Source: an uncultured archaeon (GTDB lineage Archaea > Iainarchaeota > Iainarchaeia > Iainarchaeales > GCA-2688035). From it: a stretch of DNA of 64,000 nt. Positions 60,264-64,000 of this stretch are shown one piece after another. Each line of letters opens with the position of its first letter. Positions within the stretch are counted from its first letter, which is position 1. Location of the stretch: contig CAYHBD010000042.1 in assembly GCA_964354805.1 (NCBI GenBank), positions 18,038-82,037 on the forward strand. Direction: 5' to 3'. The notes under the pieces were generated by a model that saw nothing but the letters and a program-made list of their open reading frames with translations, was not told the origin of the DNA and ran no database searches. Both the position numbers and the translations under genes were made by a program.

Positions 60264-61031
60264 TCATTTAATGCAAACGTATTGGTAGAAGTCTGCGTTT
60301 GGATTGTATCCTTTTTTGTAGTCAGAGAATTGCTCAATTTTTGTGAATCCCACGCCTTTGAGTAAACCTGAAAGCTCATTTCTTTTAAAAGGGTAAAGAA
60401 TAAGATAGCCTTTCTTCCCTGTTCTTTCATCTGTGTATTGCATCCTGACTTTATCTTCAGAAATTTCAATAGGTTCCCCATGAACTTTATCCCCACAGTA
60501 AACATATTTTTTGGAATAACTGAATTTGCCTTCTTTCAAGATTTCTTCTCTTTTGTCCAAAAAGTACTGATAGTTTCTTTCATCAATAATTAAAATTCCG
60601 CAGTCTCTTAAAAGAAATAAAAAATTTTTGAGGGTTTTAAGTTGATCTTCCCTTTTAAATAAGTAAGTTAACGAATTGCCAAGACATAAAACCGCGTCAA
60701 AGCGCCCCTGTTTGAAATGCTTGTCAAGCTCACGCCAATCGAATTCAGTGATGTTTAATACTGTCCCCCCTTGCTTCGCACGCTTCTGTGCTTTTTTGAT
60801 AAACAGTTTATCTAAGTCATTGCTTGTGACATCAAAGCCCTCTTTGATTAAATAAATGGAATCACACCCATCACCCATACAAGAGTCAAATACTTTTTTG
60901 CACTTGAAGCGCCTTAATTGATTAAGAAGAAAGCCCCTCTCGCCAGCTCGCCTCTTTTCCCAATCCACGAAGTCGCTCCATATTTCAACAAGAACCTTTG
61001 AATTGTAATTTTCTTGATAAACATCTTTCAT
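60264..61031 (-). CDS. class I SAM-dependent methyltransferase (glycine/sarcosine-N-MTase-like)
   Basis: Motif I is KVFDSCMGDGCDS, then VTSNDLD and FDAVLCLGNSLTYL. Confidence 0.7.
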   Translation of the reverse strand: MKDVYQENYNSKVLVEIWSDFVDWEKRRAGERGFLLNQLRRFKCKKVFDSCMGDGCDSIYLIKEGFDVTSNDLDKLFIKKAQKRAKQGGTVLNITEFDWRELDKHFKQGRFDAVLCLGNSLTYLFKREDQLKTLKNFLFLLRDCGILIIDERNYQYFLDKREEILKEGKFSYSKKYVYCGDKVHGEPIEISEDKVRMQYTDERTGKKGYLILYPFKRNELSGLLKGVGFTKIEQFSDYKKGYNPNADFYQYVCIK

Positions 61032-61094
61032 AATTAGATTAAATCCAAATTACTATTTAAAACATTTATTGCTCTTTCTATTACTGGTTTTTGA

Positions 61095-62972
61095 ATGGAA
61101 ACAGACTGGCAAAAAATCGGCTTAAAGGCAGGGTTGGAGTGCCACCAGCAGCTTGATACTGGTAAACTCTTTTGTAGATGCCCTTCTATCCTACATGAAG
61201 ATAAGCCAGACGTAAAAGTAAAAAGATACATTCGCGCAGTTGCTTCAGAATTAGGTGAATTTGATAGGGCTGCACTTGAAGCCGTTGGAAAAAAACAAGT
61301 TTTTATTTACGAAGGCTACAAAGACGTCACTTGCGAATTGGAATTCGATGAATGCCCCCCAAAACCAGCTGAACCAGAAGCGCTTGCTACAATTCTAAAA
61401 GTAGCTTTAATGTCCAAATCCGAAATTCTTGACGAAATGTTTGTGATGAGAAAAAGTGTTGCGGATGGCAGTGTGGTATCATCTTTTCAGCGCACAATGC
61501 TTGTTGCCTTGGGCGGACTACTTGAATTGGGCAGCAAAAAGGTTGGCATTCAATCGCTTGCGCTTGAAGAGGACGCTGCAAGGCCGATGGAAAAAAAAGC
61601 GGGCGAAATTGTGTACAGGCTTGACAGGCTCGGGATTCCGCTGATTGAACTGGCTACTGCGCCTGATTTGAAAACCCCGGAAGAGGTCAAAGAGTGCGCT
61701 GAAAGAATCGGAGAATTGTTCAGGAGAACGTGCAGGGCAAAGAGAGGCCTTGGAACAATAAGGCAGGACGTGAATATTTCAATTGCAAAGGGGGCGAGGG
61801 TTGAAATAAAGGGCGTGCAGGCGCTTGAGCTCATTGATGAGTATGTAAGAAGGGAAGCGCAGAGGCAGATTGCGTTGGTTGAATTGAAAGAGGAAATGCA
61901 GCACAGGAAAATAAGCGAAAAAGAATTGGGAGAAGGCGAAATTGCCGATTTGAGCCAGATTTTTTCAAAAAGCGAGTGCAAATTTTTGCATGGAAAAAGC
62001 GTTTTTGGCATCAGGCTGCAAAAAATGCAGGGATTGCTTGGAAAAGAGCTGCAGCCAGACAGAAGATTTGGAACAGAATTGGCAGGCTATGTAAAAGCAA
62101 GGACAGGTTTGCATGGAATAATTCACAGCGATGAGCTGCCCGCTTACGGAATAAGCGAAAGGGAAGTGGAGCAGGTTAAGCACAAATGCGATTGCATTAT
62201 GAACGATGCCTTTGTTTTGGTGCAGGCGGAAAGGGAGAAGGCTGAAAGCGCATTGCATGTTGTTGTTGAGAGATGTAAGCAGGCTTTGCTTGGAGTGCCG
62301 GAGGAAACAAGGGATGCTTTGGAGAACGGCAACACAGAGTACAGCAGGCCATTGCCAGGGGCAGCAAGAATGTACCCTGAAACAGACTTGGAGCCTGTGA
62401 GAGTTGATGAAAAATATTTGGGTGAATTGAAAAAGCAGCTGCCTTTGACAGTTGCAGCAAGGGAGAAATTGTACAGGGAGAAAGGATTGAGCACTAATCT
62501 GGTTGAGGGAATGAGGCTGAGCAATTTCGCCTGCTTTTTCGAGCAGCTGCTTGAGAAAGGGATTAATGCAACAACTGCCGCAACACTTTTGCTCGAGGGC
62601 CTGACCCAATTGAGGAGGGAGGGAATAACCGAGATTAGCAATGAAATGATTGGGAAAATTTTGCTGGCTGAAAAGGAAAAGAAAATTACCAAAGACATTT
62701 TGTTGGATGCCCTGCGCGCTTGGGCAAAGCAGCCTGAAAAAGAGCTGGAAGAGATACTGGGAGAATTGAAAATGGTGAAAGTTGCTGCAGGCGATGTGAG
62801 AAAAATCATTGCTGGCATTATTGAAAAGAACAGGCAGCTTGTTGAAGAAAAAGGCGAGCACGCAATTGGCGCGCTGATGGGAGAAGTGATGGCACATCTC
62901 AGAGGAAAAGCGGATGGCGGCGAGATCAGCAGAATCCTGAAAGAGGAACTGGGCAAGAGAGCGAAGAAATAA
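61095..62972 (+). CDS. gatE: Glu-tRNA(Gln) amidotransferase subunit E
   Basis: GLECHQQLDTGKLFCRCPS, VSSFQRT, IRQDVNISI, PGAARMYPETD, and a C-terminal GatB/YqeY-like tail. Confidence 0.9.
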   Translation: METDWQKIGLKAGLECHQQLDTGKLFCRCPSILHEDKPDVKVKRYIRAVASELGEFDRAALEAVGKKQVFIYEGYKDVTCELEFDECPPKPAEPEALATILKVALMSKSEILDEMFVMRKSVADGSVVSSFQRTMLVALGGLLELGSKKVGIQSLALEEDAARPMEKKAGEIVYRLDRLGIPLIELATAPDLKTPEEVKECAERIGELFRRTCRAKRGLGTIRQDVNISIAKGARVEIKGVQALELIDEYVRREAQRQIALVELKEEMQHRKISEKELGEGEIADLSQIFSKSECKFLHGKSVFGIRLQKMQGLLGKELQPDRRFGTELAGYVKARTGLHGIIHSDELPAYGISEREVEQVKHKCDCIMNDAFVLVQAEREKAESALHVVVERCKQALLGVPEETRDALENGNTEYSRPLPGAARMYPETDLEPVRVDEKYLGELKKQLPLTVAAREKLYREKGLSTNLVEGMRLSNFACFFEQLLEKGINATTAATLLLEGLTQLRREGITEISNEMIGKILLAEKEKKITKDILLDALRAWAKQPEKELEEILGELKMVKVAAGDVRKIIAGIIEKNRQLVEEKGEHAIGALMGEVMAHLRGKADGGEISRILKEELGKRAKK

Positions 62973-63033
62973 CGAAGCAGGCTTTGAACCAATAAATATT
63001 TATTCTTTTGAGCAATAGTAGGTATTGATTGAA

Positions 63034-64000
63034 ATGCACTGGGAGCAGTTAAGGCAGCGGTATGACAAAAAAGATGTTCTCAGCTGGCTTAGGACTTTTC
63101 CTGACCAGTGCATTGAGGCAATTTACATTGGAAACAAATTCAAGCCAAAGAAAAGGAGAATTGACAAAATTGTTGGCTGCGGAATGGGCGGCAGTGGAGT
63201 TGGAGCAGCCCTGCTGCGGAATATGCTGAAGGAAGAGCTGCGTGTTCCTTTTGAGGTATTCAATTCATATGATTTGCCTGCTTATGCTGATAATAAAACC
63301 CTTGTTTTTTGCGTTAGCTTTTCCGGCAACACTGAGGAAACCCTGCAGTGCTACAGGCAGGCAAAGAAGAAAAGGGCTTACGTTGTTGCACTTACAACAG
63401 GCGGCAAATTGAAAAAAATGGCGAAGAATGACTGCATCATTATTCCAAAAAGCAGCCCGCAGCCGAGGATGGCGGCAGCCTATTTGAGCATTCCAATGAT
63501 TATTATCCTGCAAAGGCTTGGTTTGATTGAGCGGAAGAACGGTCAGTTGAATGAAATGGTTTTTTTGCTGAAGAAAGAGCAGGCAAGGATTGAGGACAAG
63601 GCAAGGGAGCTGGCTTTGCGTTTCAGGGGAAAGCTGCCTGTCATTTACGCCGCAGAGGAGCTGCAGACTGTTGCCTACAGGTTCAGGACTGATTTGAACG
63701 AGAACGGAAAGCAGTTTGCTTTAAGCCATTTTTTCCCAGAGCAAAACCACAATGAAATAAACGCTTACCTTGGATTGAAGAGAAGCAGCTGCGAATTTGT
63801 TTTCCTAAGGCACGAAAATGAACTGAAGAAGATTCAAAAAAGGTTTTCAGCTGTGAAAAAGCTTTTTGAAAAGCGCTTCAACATCACGGAAGTGCAGCTG
63901 AAGGGGAAATCCCTTATTGCAGCAACATACTATGCATTGTTTCTGGCTGCTTTAACATCATATTATCTGTCTCTGGTGAACAAGCTCGACCCAGAGCCAG
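63034..64000 (+). CDS. bifunctional phosphoglucose/phosphomannose isomerase (SIS domain), 3'-partial
   Basis: My own translation: MHWEQLRQRYDKKDVLSWLRTFPDQ..IVGCGMGGSGVGAALL..LVFCVSFSGNTEETL..VVALTTGGKL. The frame is open to the window end, so it is absent from the track. Confidence 0.75.
   Translation, partial: MHWEQLRQRYDKKDVLSWLRTFPDQCIEAIYIGNKFKPKKRRIDKIVGCGMGGSGVGAALLRNMLKEELRVPFEVFNSYDLPAYADNKTLVFCVSFSGNTEETLQCYRQAKKKRAYVVALTTGGKLKKMAKNDCIIIPKSSPQPRMAAAYLSIPMIIILQRLGLIERKNGQLNEMVFLLKKEQARIEDKARELALRFRGKLPVIYAAEELQTVAYRFRTDLNENGKQFALSHFFPEQNHNEINAYLGLKRSSCEFVFLRHENELKKIQKRFSAVKKLFEKRFNITEVQLKGKSLIAATYYALFLAALTSYYLSLVNKLDPEP

Overview
A 64 kb chromosomal segment from an archaeon at about 40-45% GC by eye. 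A DPANN-like lineage is my inference from gene content. The window is densely coded, with about 65 protein genes on both strands.

Archaeal housekeeping genes recognised by motif:
- Translation: ileS, proS, gatD, gatE, a DRG-type GTPase, a Dph6-like diphthine-ammonia ligase, and two deoxyhypusine synthase paralogs.
- Chaperone, secretion and DNA: thermosome, Sec61beta/SecG, ATP-dependent DNA ligase.
- Other: proB, rubrerythrin, an Lrp/AsnC regulator, a TrmJ-like SPOUT methyltransferase, class II fructose-bisphosphate aldolase, and a partial PGI/PMI at the right edge.

The left 5.8 kb is the N-terminal part (at least 1,930 aa) of a giant secreted repeat protein on the minus strand. It runs off the left edge, so it is missing from the ORF track.

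I read four tRNA genes by hand, and all are interrupted. tRNA-Ile(UAU), tRNA-Pro(GGG) and tRNA-Pro(UGG) have introns at position 37/38. tRNA-Ile(GAU) has an 18-nt extra arm.

The most unusual signals are at the DNA/RNA level:
1. A roughly 38-nt palindromic element (AAGCC-Tn-GC..GC-An-GCCTTGGGAAAAAG on the minus strand) forms the core of both tRNA-Pro introns. It also occurs in frame inside ileS, across a predicted gene start, in another ORF tail, and nested within itself in an intergenic spacer.
2. Several single- or two-gene cassettes (vapBC, peptidase E, a low-GC Cys-rich secreted protein) are bounded by direct or inverted repeats.
3. Three genes have short tandem duplications of their 3' ends.
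4. Two different conserved upstream modules are shared by unrelated genes.
5. There are C/D-box sRNA-like genes whose internal C'/D' motif is capped by a tetraloop.

I recognised no rRNA, CRISPR array, transposase or integrase. All functional calls come from reading motifs by eye. No database search was possible, and start codons are often uncertain because the track uses TTG/GTG starts.
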